Positions 49,767 to 59,182 of a stretch of DNA of 60,701 nucleotides are shown piece by piece. The stretch's first letter is position 1. Every line of letters begins with the position of its first letter. The notes below the pieces were generated by a model. It was given only the letters and a program-made list of their open reading frames with translations. It made no database searches and was not told the origin of the DNA. This stretch comes from Promethearchaeati archaeon. GTDB taxonomy: Archaea > Asgardarchaeota > Heimdallarchaeia > Heimdallarchaeales > Heimdallarchaeaceae. Both the position numbers and the translations under genes were made by a program. The stretch lies in assembly GCA_013166775.1 (NCBI GenBank), contig JABLTJ010000018.1:1-60701 (forward strand). Reading direction: 5' to 3'.

Positions 49767-50744
49767 TTGATGGCTATCAATGAAATCTTAGAAATGGAAT
49801 TAAAATTCCTTCTAGTAGGTGGTAAAGGTGGAGTTGGCAAAACAAGTGTAGCTTCAGCATTAGCTATTGCTCTTGCTGAATCTGGGAAACGAGTTTTGAT
49901 TATCTCTACAGATCCAGCACATAGTGTTTCAGATTCTTTTGACTTGGATTTTTCTTCTGGAGAAATAACAAAAGTCGAAGGAGTGAAGGGAGAATTATTT
50001 GCACTTGAAATAAATCCTGAAGCTGCTGGAGAAGAAATATCAAAAGCTATTGGACAACAAGTAGATTCTGATCAATTTGCAAATATATCAGCTATGCCAG
50101 GATTATCTGAGTTACAAGGATTTGGTGAGGACATGCAGTCAATACCACCACCTGGTATGGATGAAGCACTTAGTTTCGCAAAAATCTTAGAATACGCTGA
50201 CGATGAATCATATGATACAGTAGTATTAGATACAGCGCCTACTGGTCATACCTTACGATTATTGAACATACCTGAATTTCTAGATTCTTTTCTAGGAAGG
50301 ATGCTAAAGATGAAAGCTTTCCTTTCGAATGCAATGAAGATGGTAAAATCTTTGTTTGGGGGAAATCAAGAGAAAGACAGAACCATTGAAACTCTTGAAG
50401 CAATGAAAGAAAAAGTCCTAATTGCTAGAGACCAATTAATGGATCCTGAAAAGACACAATTTGTGAAAGTCATGATCCCAACAATGATGAGTATTTTCGA
50501 AACAGAGAGACTTGTTGAAGAATTAAATCAACATATGATACCACACAGATATGTTGTTGTAAATATGGTTAATCCTGATAACAAGGAATGTCAGTATTGC
50601 ACTCATAGAAGACAAGAGCACCTAAGAAATATAAATTATATCAATTCAGCTTTCAGCAACGATGACATAATTTCAATTGAAGCATTCGATCGTGAAATTA
50701 GAGGGCTGGATATGTTATTTGAATTTGGTAAAGTTCTTCTATAA
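49767..50744 (+). CDS. Get3/TRC40 (ArsA-family) ATPase
   Basis: GGKGGVGKT, STDPAH, DTAPTGHTLRLL, Met-rich helices, C-terminal CQYC; single ATPase domain. Confidence 0.88.
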   Translation: MMAINEILEMELKFLLVGGKGGVGKTSVASALAIALAESGKRVLIISTDPAHSVSDSFDLDFSSGEITKVEGVKGELFALEINPEAAGEEISKAIGQQVDSDQFANISAMPGLSELQGFGEDMQSIPPPGMDEALSFAKILEYADDESYDTVVLDTAPTGHTLRLLNIPEFLDSFLGRMLKMKAFLSNAMKMVKSLFGGNQEKDRTIETLEAMKEKVLIARDQLMDPEKTQFVKVMIPTMMSIFETERLVEELNQHMIPHRYVVVNMVNPDNKECQYCTHRRQEHLRNINYINSAFSNDDIISIEAFDREIRGLDMLFEFGKVLL

Positions 50745-50764
50745 TTCAAGAAAAGAGTGAATAC

Positions 50765-51565
50765 ATGTCAATGAAAACAGGAACTACATCAAGAAGCAGA
50801 GAACATTCTGGGTATGAATATGCTGATACCCATTGCCATTTAGTTCCAGACTGGTTCACATTAGAAGAAATCTCTAAAATTGCTATAAAAGCTCAGCAAT
50901 CAGGAATTAAAACAATCATAAATAGTGTACTAAAATCAGAAAACTACTCTTTTGGACTTAAAACAATTAAGAATAAGGGAATCCATCTTACAATAGGCAC
51001 TGAAATAACAGATAATTCGCAAGAAAGTATTCAGATGCTAAAGGAGTTTTATACTTCGAATCAAGAGAGCATCGTTGCAATTGGAGAAATTGGCTTAGAT
51101 TTTTATTGGGTCAAAGAAGAAGAGAAAAGATCAGACCAAGAAAAATACTTCAAACAATTGATACAATTTTCAATTGCTCATGATATACCCATTGTAGTTC
51201 ACTCAAGAGGAGCAGAGAGTAAAGCTATTGAAATACTCAAGGCTACTGGGGCTGAAAATGTCTTAATGCATTGTTTTGAAGGTACCGCAGAGCAAATAAA
51301 TGATGTTATGAGAAGAGCTTGGTATATCTCAGTTCCAACTAGTACAGTATATAGAAAGAATTTCCAAAAAGTTCTTCAACTTGTTTCTTTAGATAATTTA
51401 ATGTTTGAAACAGATAGTCCATTTCACTCGCTTGAAAAAGAGGAGAATAATACTCCATTGAGTATTCCAACACTATGCAGGAATGGAGCTAGAATATTGG
51501 AAGTAGAAGAAAAGGAATTAGCTTACATAACTACGAAGAATGTGAAAGATTTTTACAGGTTGTAG
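50765..51565 (+). CDS. TatD-family hydrolase
   Basis: DTHCH, GEIGLD, VHSR, HCF, ETDSP. Confidence 0.92.
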   Translation: MSMKTGTTSRSREHSGYEYADTHCHLVPDWFTLEEISKIAIKAQQSGIKTIINSVLKSENYSFGLKTIKNKGIHLTIGTEITDNSQESIQMLKEFYTSNQESIVAIGEIGLDFYWVKEEEKRSDQEKYFKQLIQFSIAHDIPIVVHSRGAESKAIEILKATGAENVLMHCFEGTAEQINDVMRRAWYISVPTSTVYRKNFQKVLQLVSLDNLMFETDSPFHSLEKEENNTPLSIPTLCRNGARILEVEEKELAYITTKNVKDFYRL

Positions 51566-51576
51566 TCACAAAATCA

Positions 51577-52440
51577 TTAAATAAAAGCAATTTCGAAATA
51601 ATTGTTTCCTATAAGGTAGTATTTGGGAAGAGAATCAGTTGCTTTTCTTACATTTGGAATGGTAAAAGACTCCAAAATATTTTCTATTTCTTTTTCGAAT
51701 TTAGGATTGGTTGCATAGTATATACTCTTTATTTCCTTAGCTTGATAAATAAGTTCTATTCCAGTTTTGATGTCTTTGAAAAGTGTTTTGAAGTTTCTAT
51801 TTATTCTGTTAATTTCCCAGTGTCCATGAAAGTAAAGATGAATAACATACGGATCAAGAGAAGATTTCAAACTAGCTTGAGATTGTATTTTTTTTTCACC
51901 GTCTGAAATTAAATTCAAATTTCTAGATAAAACATAGGAATTGATATATTTATTCAGAGTAATAGCTTCTTTTCGAATGGTATTTATTGTTCTTGCTCCA
52001 CTGACAATTTTTGCTAATTCTTCAATAAATAAACCAGAAGAGGAACCAAAAGTAGGAGTATCTATGATATCAATGCTTATATCTGAAACCATTTTTTTTG
52101 CAACGAGAGCATTTTCAAATACTACAGGAGTGAAGAAGGAGGAATGAACACTAATCAGAGTGTCGAAATCTTCTGCTAAATAAGTGTATAATTCAACGAA
52201 ATCCTTTATACTCGGTGAATAAATATTTGCTTTCTTATCCTTGCTTGCTTTTGATATCAGTTCTCTTGTTTGGAATTCATGTATATGTAATTGTTCTTTA
52301 TGTTTGATACCTTTTGAGTCTACGATGAAATAACCTATTGGAAAGATATTATAAACATCATAAAATTCTCTTGGTATTTCTCGAGAAGTATCGATAACAA
52401 TTGCAGGTTTCATTTGAGTTGAAACAAAATCAGAACTCAA
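51577..52440 (-). CDS. Divergent DegV-like protein
   Basis: IVIDTS..P, PSIKDF..Y..L, ISVHSS, IDIIDT..S.GL; core ligand motifs lost. Confidence 0.6.
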   Translation of the reverse strand: MSSDFVSTQMKPAIVIDTSREIPREFYDVYNIFPIGYFIVDSKGIKHKEQLHIHEFQTRELISKASKDKKANIYSPSIKDFVELYTYLAEDFDTLISVHSSFFTPVVFENALVAKKMVSDISIDIIDTPTFGSSSGLFIEELAKIVSGARTINTIRKEAITLNKYINSYVLSRNLNLISDGEKKIQSQASLKSSLDPYVIHLYFHGHWEINRINRNFKTLFKDIKTGIELIYQAKEIKSIYYATNPKFEKEIENILESFTIPNVRKATDSLPKYYLIGNNYFEIAFI

Positions 52441-52467
52441 TTAGATAAAGTTTACCATAGATTGATT

Positions 52468-52716
52468 TTACTTTGTTTCTTTTTGTTTCTCCATGAACTC
52501 TCTGTAATCATCTTTGAAGACTTCAATAGCAAGTGATCCAATCCAACCACATTTCTCATTTGTACAAGCGAACTCTTTTGAAAATATATTTGCATTCGCT
52601 ATTTTGGTTGGCGAAAAACAGAGAGGACACACCGTTAAAAAATCTCTTACAGAATTACGTCGTATTTTAATATCAGGGATATCTTCATCAAAATCATCTT
52701 CACTAGAGGAATTAAT
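52468..52716 (-). CDS. 82-aa Zn-ribbon protein with probable ATT start (absent from ORF track)
   Basis: INSSSEDDFDED..CPLC..CTNEKCGWIG..; GGTGA 5 nt before ATT; directly after aIF1. Confidence 0.7.
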   Translation of the reverse strand: MNSSSEDDFDEDIPDIKIRRNSVRDFLTVCPLCFSPTKIANANIFSKEFACTNEKCGWIGSLAIEVFKDDYREFMEKQKETK

Positions 52717-52729
52717 TTAGGTCACCTAG

Positions 52730-53044
52730 TTAAAATTGTACCTCGATATTTGACGACGGAAATCCAGATTCCTCGAGGATGGCTTTAATCTTATATCTAT
52801 GATCTCCTTGCAATTCAATTCTTCCTTCTTTTGCTGTTCCACCACAAGCAAGTCTTGATTTAAGTTTCTTTGCAAGGGCACTTAGATCTACTTCATGAGG
52901 GTCAATACCAGTTACAAGAGTATAATTTTTACCATATCTTCTCTTTTCAAGGAAAACTCTGATGATTTGTTCTTCTTTAGCTATTTCTTCACAAACACAT
53001 AAATCTTGCGGTAAGCCGCATACGCCACAAAGCTCTTCTGACAC
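52730..53044 (-). CDS. sui1: Translation initiation factor aIF1 (SUI1)
   Basis: CGVCGLPQDLCVC, RRYGK, LACGGT, IELQGDHR; GTG start. Confidence 0.95.
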   Translation of the reverse strand: MSEELCGVCGLPQDLCVCEEIAKEEQIIRVFLEKRRYGKNYTLVTGIDPHEVDLSALAKKLKSRLACGGTAKEGRIELQGDHRYKIKAILEESGFPSSNIEVQF

Positions 53045-53154
53045 ATCATTAAGAATGTAAAATATTATTTATACTTTTGCATTTCTACTGCTTTTTCTTT
53101 TAGTTTCTGGGGAATCAATTTGACTATTTTATCGTTTGGAATCACTTAAATAAA

Positions 53155-54780
53155 TTGAAAAAAACTTTGATTGTGAATATCTTAATTGTGGATGCACTTG
53201 CTGCAAATGAAGGTAGAAGAAAATTTTCTCGAGATGCCATAGGAGTTGGTCCTCGGTTGTTAGCAGGTATTTGCGTTAAGAATAATAGTTATTCAAGAAT
53301 TACACGTGTTGAAGATCTTTTAGAACAAGAGAATGTAGTTTCAATAGAAACTTCAGAGGTTTTTTTCATAAGTGCAATGACTGTTGATGAAATTGCTGTT
53401 AGTAGAATAGTTAGGAAAATAAAAGAAGAGAATAAATCAGCTTTCATTGTATTAGGTGGTCCAATCTCAACAGATCCTAAAATAATTCAAAAACTTGAAG
53501 TCAATTTAGCAGTCTATGGTGAGGGTGAGTTTATTGTAGATGAACTAATTAGAAATGATTTTTCAATTGAATCATTATCTAAAGCTGATAATAATATTCA
53601 ACAGATAAATGGAAAATACTACATTAAAAGAAAGATTACATCAAAGATTAATCCTTTTGATCTTTTTGCACCTTCTACCAGTCATATAAAGGATTATCCT
53701 GATTACTGGTTTTCGAAAGTTTATGTAGAAACTGTAAGAGGTTGTTCAAACTTCTATAGAGGAGAACTAGTAAAACAATCTGGAGGATGTAGTGATTGTG
53801 GGAATTGTGAAGATATAGATGAGATAATTACAGGAAATTGCCCAGAAGAAATACCTCCGGGTTGCGGTTTTTGTTCTGTTCCATCCATTTTTGGTCCTTC
53901 AAGGAGTCGTTCCATCGAATCAATTGAAACTGAAGTTGCGGATCTATTCAATAATGGAGTAAGAAGAATTATGTTATCTGCTCCAGGTTTTCTAGATTTC
54001 CAGAGGGAAAGAAAAGAAGATCACTTATTTTCACCTACCTCCCCGAAAGTTAACTTAGAGAGAATAGAGGAGCTTTTATCCAAATTAGCTGAGATTAGAG
54101 ATTCTCAAACAAAACTTTGTAACATATCTATAGAAAACGTAAAGCCTTCATTAGTTAATAGCGAAGCAACCAAAATAATAGGAAAATATTTGCCAGATAC
54201 TTCAATTAGCATTGGATGTGAAACTTTCGATGTTATTCACAGTGATCAAATTGGAAGGCCTTCATCTCCAACCCAGGCTCTAAACGCTGCGAAATATTTC
54301 AAGGAAGCGGGAATAAATCCACAGATATATCTCATCCATTCTTTACCTGGAGAAACTATAAAATCTTTAGATAAAACCATCGAAATAGTTGAAGGAGGAT
54401 TAACTGATATTGCTGAAAAAATAACAGTCTACAAATATCTACCTCTTCCAAATTCACCTTTCACCAAAACAGACGTTTCATTACCTTTAGACAGACATCT
54501 ATTGAATATCAAGCGTGATAGGTTAAAGGAAGCAATTATCGATTTTAATTTTAGAAAGAAAGAAGAAATCTTAGATTCTGAAATTATTGCTATTGTTGCT
54601 GAAAAAGATAGAATTCGAAAAGACACGTATATATGTTATCCTCTAAACAGTGGCCCTGCTGTAAGTGTAAAATCGCAAGAAAATATAATAGGAGAAACTC
54701 TAAAAATCAAGATAAATAAGGTAGTAAGTGATAAACTAGTTGCTGGACAAGTAGTTGAGATTCTCGAAAACGAAAAATAA
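53155..54780 (+). CDS. B12-binding-domain radical SAM protein with C-terminal TRAM-like domain
   Basis: LGGP, YGEGE, ETVRGC..GCGFC, RSR, GCET, LPGET. Confidence 0.8.
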   Translation: MKKTLIVNILIVDALAANEGRRKFSRDAIGVGPRLLAGICVKNNSYSRITRVEDLLEQENVVSIETSEVFFISAMTVDEIAVSRIVRKIKEENKSAFIVLGGPISTDPKIIQKLEVNLAVYGEGEFIVDELIRNDFSIESLSKADNNIQQINGKYYIKRKITSKINPFDLFAPSTSHIKDYPDYWFSKVYVETVRGCSNFYRGELVKQSGGCSDCGNCEDIDEIITGNCPEEIPPGCGFCSVPSIFGPSRSRSIESIETEVADLFNNGVRRIMLSAPGFLDFQRERKEDHLFSPTSPKVNLERIEELLSKLAEIRDSQTKLCNISIENVKPSLVNSEATKIIGKYLPDTSISIGCETFDVIHSDQIGRPSSPTQALNAAKYFKEAGINPQIYLIHSLPGETIKSLDKTIEIVEGGLTDIAEKITVYKYLPLPNSPFTKTDVSLPLDRHLLNIKRDRLKEAIIDFNFRKKEEILDSEIIAIVAEKDRIRKDTYICYPLNSGPAVSVKSQENIIGETLKIKINKVVSDKLVAGQVVEILENEK

Positions 54781-54882
54781 CAATAGTTTATCTCTCTCTG
54801 ATTTATTTTGAACAGAAAAAAAGAGTAATAAAGGTGATACCATTCTGCATTATGTCGTAAACCAATAAAAAAGAGAGATTCT

Positions 54883-55878
54883 ATGAAAGAATATGCTACT
54901 AAAAACATGGATACATTCTTCTCTAAAATGCCATTAAAGTATCAAGGACCTAAATTTGATGCTCATGTTCATCTTGGAAAAGAAAAAGATATCAAAGTCA
55001 TGCTCAAATATACAGAAAAATTCAATGTTAAAAGATTAATGGGGATTGTACGAACTACAGAAAGTCGAGATGCAATCGCAAAAAAATTCCCTGATATTTT
55101 CAATTTTGCTTTATTCGTTTCCATAAGAGAAGCTTTAGAAGGGGATGTTAAGAAATCTGTCCAACTAATAGATCAAGCTTATGAAGATGGATTTAAGATT
55201 GGTAAGCTCTGGTTCTCTCCTCGATGGATAGATTATGCAGATGAGACTTGGAAAATAGACTTTCATCCAAATGATCTCCACCTTAATGATCCAAATTTAG
55301 AACCTATTTTTTCGAAACTTGAAGACTATGGTTTTATTCTATTACTTCATGTTGGTGATCCAGATTTGATGTATCAGAGAAGATACCACCCATCTAGCAA
55401 ATATGGAACAAAAGAAAGCCATCTAATGGCTCTAGAAAATTTGCTTTCAACTTATCCAAAGCTTCGAGTAATAGGAGCACATATGGCTGGGCAACCTGAA
55501 AATCTTGATAACTTAAGTGATTGGATGAATAGATTCCCAAATCTAATAGTAGATACAGCTTCTGCTAGATGGATGGCTCGAGAGTTTGGTCATCAGATAG
55601 AAAAAACCAGAGATTTCTTTGAGAGATTCTCTAAAAGAATTCTATTCGGGTCTGATTTTGTTACCGGTAGAACTGATAGAGAACCATTGCCAGATTATTA
55701 TATACATAGATATCTAAGCTATCAAGCACTGTGGGAGACAAATGTTAGAAATCAGCTACTTCCTCTAAATGACCCAGATAATGAAAACGGAACAATGATA
55801 AACGGATTAGATCTATCCGAAAAAATTCTAAAGAGATTATACTGGGAAAATAGCTACAAATTGTTTAATTCAAACTAA
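54883..55878 (+). CDS. Amidohydrolase_2 family protein
   Basis: DAHVH, LHVGDP, GAHM, DTA, ILFGSD. Confidence 0.85.
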   Translation: MKEYATKNMDTFFSKMPLKYQGPKFDAHVHLGKEKDIKVMLKYTEKFNVKRLMGIVRTTESRDAIAKKFPDIFNFALFVSIREALEGDVKKSVQLIDQAYEDGFKIGKLWFSPRWIDYADETWKIDFHPNDLHLNDPNLEPIFSKLEDYGFILLLHVGDPDLMYQRRYHPSSKYGTKESHLMALENLLSTYPKLRVIGAHMAGQPENLDNLSDWMNRFPNLIVDTASARWMAREFGHQIEKTRDFFERFSKRILFGSDFVTGRTDREPLPDYYIHRYLSYQALWETNVRNQLLPLNDPDNENGTMINGLDLSEKILKRLYWENSYKLFNSN

Positions 55879-56439
55879 TTAATCTAGTAACAATGGATCT
55901 ACATTTTTCCATTCAGGATTTAATTTTTCAAAATCTTTTCTTTCTTTCTCTGTGGTTTCAACTGAGGTTATCTGACAATAATCGTCACCACACAAAACAC
56001 ATTTTGTATGAATTGCTTTTGTTTCAGGATTTGTTGTCATTGAATTCGATGCATCAATATAACAATAAAGCTTCCCTAAATCTTCTTCATTATATTCCTT
56101 GAATATCTTAGCTAAAATGCAACCATGAATCTCCAATTTAGAATAATCAAAATCATCCTCGTCAATTAAAGATATTATATCACGTGCATCAATGTATTCT
56201 TTTTCTTTGTATACGTATTTGCTATGAACTCCATAGTGAGAGAGATCGTGGTGTCCTTCTAAAGCTCTTTTTCCTACTCTTCTTCCATATTCCATTATAC
56301 TCTTTAGTATGAACTCTTTTCCTTTTTCTTCACCAAACTCCTGAACTAAAATCTTAGAATAAGATAAATGCATTAAAGCAAGTCTAATCATCGCTAATTC
56401 TACTTGCTCCTTTGCTTCTTCAAAGGGTATTTTTTCCAT
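55879..56439 (-). CDS. ATC-hydrolase-like (V4R-related) protein
   Basis: GCILAK..LGKLYCYID..CVLCGDDYC. Confidence 0.65.
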   Translation of the reverse strand: MEKIPFEEAKEQVELAMIRLALMHLSYSKILVQEFGEEKGKEFILKSIMEYGRRVGKRALEGHHDLSHYGVHSKYVYKEKEYIDARDIISLIDEDDFDYSKLEIHGCILAKIFKEYNEEDLGKLYCYIDASNSMTTNPETKAIHTKCVLCGDDYCQITSVETTEKERKDFEKLNPEWKNVDPLLLD

Positions 56440-56487
56440 AAATTAGATTCAGTTTTTTCACATATAAATCTGTGTTGGGAAAAAAAT

Positions 56488-56919
56488 CTAATTATACTGT
56501 GGATTTCTTTTCAATAAACCAACTCTCTCTCTTATCTGACCAAAATGGCTTATTGCATGAAAAAGATTCTGTTTTAAAGCATCTTTTATTGTAGTCCTAT
56601 CTCCCCATTGAAAAGTAAATTCTTCTTCCAATTTCTTTTCATCAAAATTCTGAATAGCACTTATCATACGTCCTATTGAAAGATTAAGATTATTCTTTTG
56701 GTTACTGGTTGGAGAAAATTTCTTGGAATCTTTTAGAAACCAACTACCTGCATCCTCAAAAATAGCTTGATTTGTATGATTAAAAGTTTGAATTATTGAG
56801 AACTCAGTTTGTGAAATCTTATAGTTCCAAGCATCTTCTGATTCAACAATCTCTATGGTTTTCAATCCAAAAGAACGAAGATATTCCCAAAACTCAATGT
56901 AAACAGAGATTTCTTTCAT
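56488..56919 (-). CDS. DinB-family protein
   Basis: WNYK..SI..H..HAISHFGQI. Confidence 0.65.
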   Translation of the reverse strand: MKEISVYIEFWEYLRSFGLKTIEIVESEDAWNYKISQTEFSIIQTFNHTNQAIFEDAGSWFLKDSKKFSPTSNQKNNLNLSIGRMISAIQNFDEKKLEEEFTFQWGDRTTIKDALKQNLFHAISHFGQIRERVGLLKRNPQYN

Positions 56920-57010
56920 ACTAGTATATGAAATATAGCTATTAAATAGAGTTTGTCTATATAAAAAGAAGAATGAGTGTAAATTCTCTTAAGAAATAAT
57001 AGAAAAAAAA

Positions 57011-57157
57011 TTATCGAGCTTTTACTGGTTTAGCAATCAATGATCGTTGTTTCATGAGAATTCTATTAGAACATCTGGGACATTTTACTCCTGGTAGTAA
57101 TCTTAATTCACTTGGAGTTATCTCATTCTTACATCTTTGGCAAACGTATTTTGTCAT
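57011..57157 (-). CDS. rpoP: RNA polymerase subunit Rpo12/P (absent from ORF track)
   Basis: MTKYVCQRC..PGVKCPRCSNRILMKQR..VKAR (48 aa); GGAG SD. Confidence 0.9.
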   Translation of the reverse strand: MTKYVCQRCKNEITPSELRLLPGVKCPRCSNRILMKQRSLIAKPVKAR

Positions 57158-57206
57158 CGTTTCTTACTCCTATCTTTTATTCTTAATCTTTTCTATTTGG
57201 ATGATT

Positions 57207-58736
57207 TTAGCTCTTTATCAGATAATCTTCAAATTCACTAAATTCAGCTTCTCCATCCATTAATTCCCCTAGAACTACTTCTAAATCCTCAATTGGTATT
57301 CTTATCTGTTGCATTGAATCTCTGTCCCTAATTGTTACTGTTAGCTCTTCTTTTGTCTCATAATCAATAGTAACACAGAATGGTATACCTATCTCATCAG
57401 CTCTTGCATATCTTTTGCCAATCTTTCCACTTACATCATAAAATGAGAGATAACCTGCATCTTTCAGTTCGTCATGAATATCGTAAGCTAATTCTGCTAA
57501 TCCATCTTTTTTCATGAGAGGAAACACAGCAACTTCTAAGGGAGCAATTGCTGCTGGAAACTGGAACCAAACCCATCCCCTATCATCTTCCCTATAACAT
57601 TTTTCTAAAATTGTATAGAGAATTCTATCAACACCCATGGAAGGTTCTGCTACATGAGGAACGATTTTTCTACCTTCATCAGCTATTTCAAATGATGTGT
57701 TTGATGCCTTAGCATGTTTCTGAAGATCATAATCTGTTCTCAAAGCATTTCCTATTATTTCCATATGTCCTAAAGAGAGATTAACTTCCAAATCGAAGTT
57801 ACCTGCTGAATAATGAGGAGCCTCATGATCTTGCATATGTCTAAACCAAAATTCAGTTTCAGGTATTCCCATTGCTTTTAGCATTTCTGTTTCCATTGCT
57901 AAGTAATAAGCAAGATATTGATTCGGAATCAAACCTTCAACTATCGCTCCTTCAACAGTTACTCTGAGAGGCTCTTCCCAACCTTTTTCTTGCATTTCTC
58001 GTGTAACCAAGTTAATCTCGATTTCTGCTACTTCATCAAATCTTGGATGTTCGTTCTCTTTTTCTGGATCGTAAAACATTTCGATTTCCATCTGTTCAAA
58101 TTGTCTGACTCTTAAGATGAAGTTTCTAGGTGAGATTTCGTTTCTAAAAGAATGACCAACTTGAGCGATACCAAAGGGTAGTTTGTTTCGCATAAATCCT
58201 GCTAATCTCTTGAAATTAATGAAAATATTTTGAGCTGTCTCAGGACGAAGGTAGCCTTTCATTCCACCTGTTGACCCTATTTCAGTTCCAAACATTAGAT
58301 TAAACTGTCTAGCTTTGCTCAATTCTCCTTTACAACTGGGGCAGTTTATAGAATTATCTTGAATTAACTTATCCAACGCTTCTAAGGTTAATCCTTCTGC
58401 TTTTTGTTTTGTTATTTGTTCAATTAGTTCATCTGCTCTAAACATAGATTTACATTTATCACATTGAACTAATGGGTCAGAAAAAGAATCTAAATGACCT
58501 GAAGCTTGGAAAACAGGTTCAGGTAACAATAATGAACCTGTGATTTCGAATACTTTATCTTCATCCAAAACAAAGCTTTGTCTCCAAAGATCTATTATCT
58601 TTTGACGCATTAGAGTACCAAGAGGTCCATAATCGTAAAATCCTCCTGCACCTCCATAAATCTCAGCTGTGGGACTGATAAATCCTCTACGAAGAGAGAC
58701 ATCAATTATCTTGTCCATCAATCTTTCTTCAGTCAA
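57207..58736 (-). CDS. glyS: Glycine-tRNA ligase (archaeal/eukaryotic alpha2 type)
   Basis: IYGG..DYGPLG, LRPETAQ, FRNEISPR, EPSMG.DR, IGKRYARADEIG. Confidence 0.96.
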   Translation of the reverse strand: MTEERLMDKIIDVSLRRGFISPTAEIYGGAGGFYDYGPLGTLMRQKIIDLWRQSFVLDEDKVFEITGSLLLPEPVFQASGHLDSFSDPLVQCDKCKSMFRADELIEQITKQKAEGLTLEALDKLIQDNSINCPSCKGELSKARQFNLMFGTEIGSTGGMKGYLRPETAQNIFINFKRLAGFMRNKLPFGIAQVGHSFRNEISPRNFILRVRQFEQMEIEMFYDPEKENEHPRFDEVAEIEINLVTREMQEKGWEEPLRVTVEGAIVEGLIPNQYLAYYLAMETEMLKAMGIPETEFWFRHMQDHEAPHYSAGNFDLEVNLSLGHMEIIGNALRTDYDLQKHAKASNTSFEIADEGRKIVPHVAEPSMGVDRILYTILEKCYREDDRGWVWFQFPAAIAPLEVAVFPLMKKDGLAELAYDIHDELKDAGYLSFYDVSGKIGKRYARADEIGIPFCVTIDYETKEELTVTIRDRDSMQQIRIPIEDLEVVLGELMDGEAEFSEFEDYLIKS

Positions 58737-58811
58737 TTGTATCCAAAGGCATCAAAAGAAAGCTGCTTATTAAATCCTTTGAAAAAAGTTAAAAAAAATG
58801 AAGTGAGGAAA

Positions 58812-59099
58812 TCATCTTCTAATATCAAGTTCTCTAACGATATTCATGTAACGATTTCTAATTGTGGATTCAGGTATTGAAGCTACTTTTGCTATTTGTT
58901 TTTGTGTTCTTCTATCATCTTCTATAATTCCTGAAATATAGATTAAAGCAGCAGCTGAACCTTCAAGCTTCGTTCCAGAAAGAAGATTTTTCTCCTCTGC
59001 TCGCTTTGAGATTTCCAATGCCCTTAGAATGGTGTCTTCTTCTAGTTCCAGAGAAGATCCATACATTTTCACTAAACCTTGAATTTTCTTTGTACTCAT
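58812..59099 (-). CDS. Stand-alone TFB C-terminal cyclin repeat (mini-TFB)
   Basis: AAALIYISG..RRTQKQIAKVA..ESTIRNRY aligns with the last repeat of the adjacent TFB. Confidence 0.8.
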   Translation of the reverse strand: MSTKKIQGLVKMYGSSLELEEDTILRALEISKRAEEKNLLSGTKLEGSAAALIYISGIIEDDRRTQKQIAKVASIPESTIRNRYMNIVRELDIRR

Positions 59100-59182
59100 A
59101 AGTATCAAAAGCTGAAAATCTCATAATCTTCTTAAAGGTACTGTAAAAATTGGCGAAAAAATAAGAAAAAGTGAAGAGGAGA

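Noticed and set aside
49767-50744. Arsenite-efflux ATPase ArsA
   Set aside because: Single domain, no ars operon nearby, Get3-type features present
52514-52720. 68-aa plus-strand ORF
   Set aside because: Shadow of the minus-strand Zn-ribbon gene
57054-57263. 69-aa plus-strand ORF
   Set aside because: Shadow of rpoP and the end of glyS
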